Shown: one piece after another, positions 63,380-64,000 of the stretch
How the letters are laid out: every line of letters begins with the position of its first letter
Position numbering within the stretch: position 1 is the stretch's first letter
NCBI GenBank assembly: GCA_964016885.1
Contig: OZ024741.1
Span: 191,952,001-192,016,000 of the forward strand
Length of the DNA: 64,000 nt
Direction of reading: 5' to 3'
From: Eledone cirrhosa
Taxonomy: Eukaryota
The notes under the pieces: model-generated
Seen by the model: only the letters and a program-made list of their open reading frames with translations
What the model was told of the DNA's origin: nothing
Database searches by the model: none
Program-made: the position numbers and the translations under genes

Positions 63380-64000
63380 CCTTAGATAGACCCATCCGGT
63401 ATCACTAAAGCGGAGAGCGTGCATTTACGTTGGTGTCTGCAGGCTATGATGATTTCAGATTTAAGGTTGACTGCTTCGCCCTTTTAGTTTTACTATCTCC
63501 ATAGCCTCGGACAGGCACAACCTGCACCTCATCTCGCCAGCCGAGTACGCATTCGTGCGCTGGACAATACTCCAGCTGAGGTCAAACTCCGTGCCACTGT
63601 CTTTGAGTCCCCAAGTTAGGTCCGCCAGTCTGGTGGAGTGTCTTTTGTTCCTGTCTTTGAACGAGTTCTTGTGGTTGTACATCCTCGATTTAAAAGTCGT
63701 GGATGTTGCCTCGGTGTAGGTGTGCTTATCATTGTGCGTGGTAACCACACCTCTGTAGACAACGCCCTTTGTCAGGCACATTCCCCGCAGAGGGCACTGC
63801 TCATCTACACGGCAGTTACAAGTCCGTGCATCATTTTTGTCATTCCCTTTATGTTGGCCTGACGTCTTATTTGGGTTCTCTCCGGTCCTCATGTGGTGTT
63901 CCGGCAGAGTGGTGGACTCAGTGTTCACCACCTGCTGGTCTCTGAAATATTTCAAATTACTAAGATGAATATGCAAATGAGGTTAAGGTATAGGGCTGAA
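63380..64000 (-). mobile_element. Penelope-like element, Naiad-type, GIY-YIG end (runs off the window)
   Basis: CNC-x5-CPLRGMC, GVVYRG, TFKSRMYNH, CRLCLSE, and CRH after a frameshift. Confidence 0.88.

Overview
Eukaryotic, AT-rich, repeat-dominated window. The repeat mix resembles a coleoid cephalopod such as Octopus; this is inference from repeat content only. Most of the window is nested mobile DNA sitting in (TA)n and (TATG)n microsatellites: RTE-clade LINEs (six copies of a PHD-finger family, one with an 825-aa open frame), Dong/R4-like and CRE-like REL LINEs, four Penelope-like elements (three Naiad-type, one Neptune-type), Gypsy relics, non-autonomous Helitrons, a hAT MITE, a mariner relic and tRNA-derived SINEs. 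The one host gene I recognise is absent from the ORF track: the 52-nt first coding exon of protein phosphatase 1 catalytic subunit (beta-like) on the minus strand at 5322-5373. The main hidden signal is about ten type-I hammerhead-ribozyme motifs from at least five families. They include a 410-nt unit bracketed by two hammerheads (retrozyme-like), a GUC hammerhead with a long stem I, and a family with a large stem-II insert. All folds were done by eye. Element boundaries are approximate unless a TSD or TIR is given.
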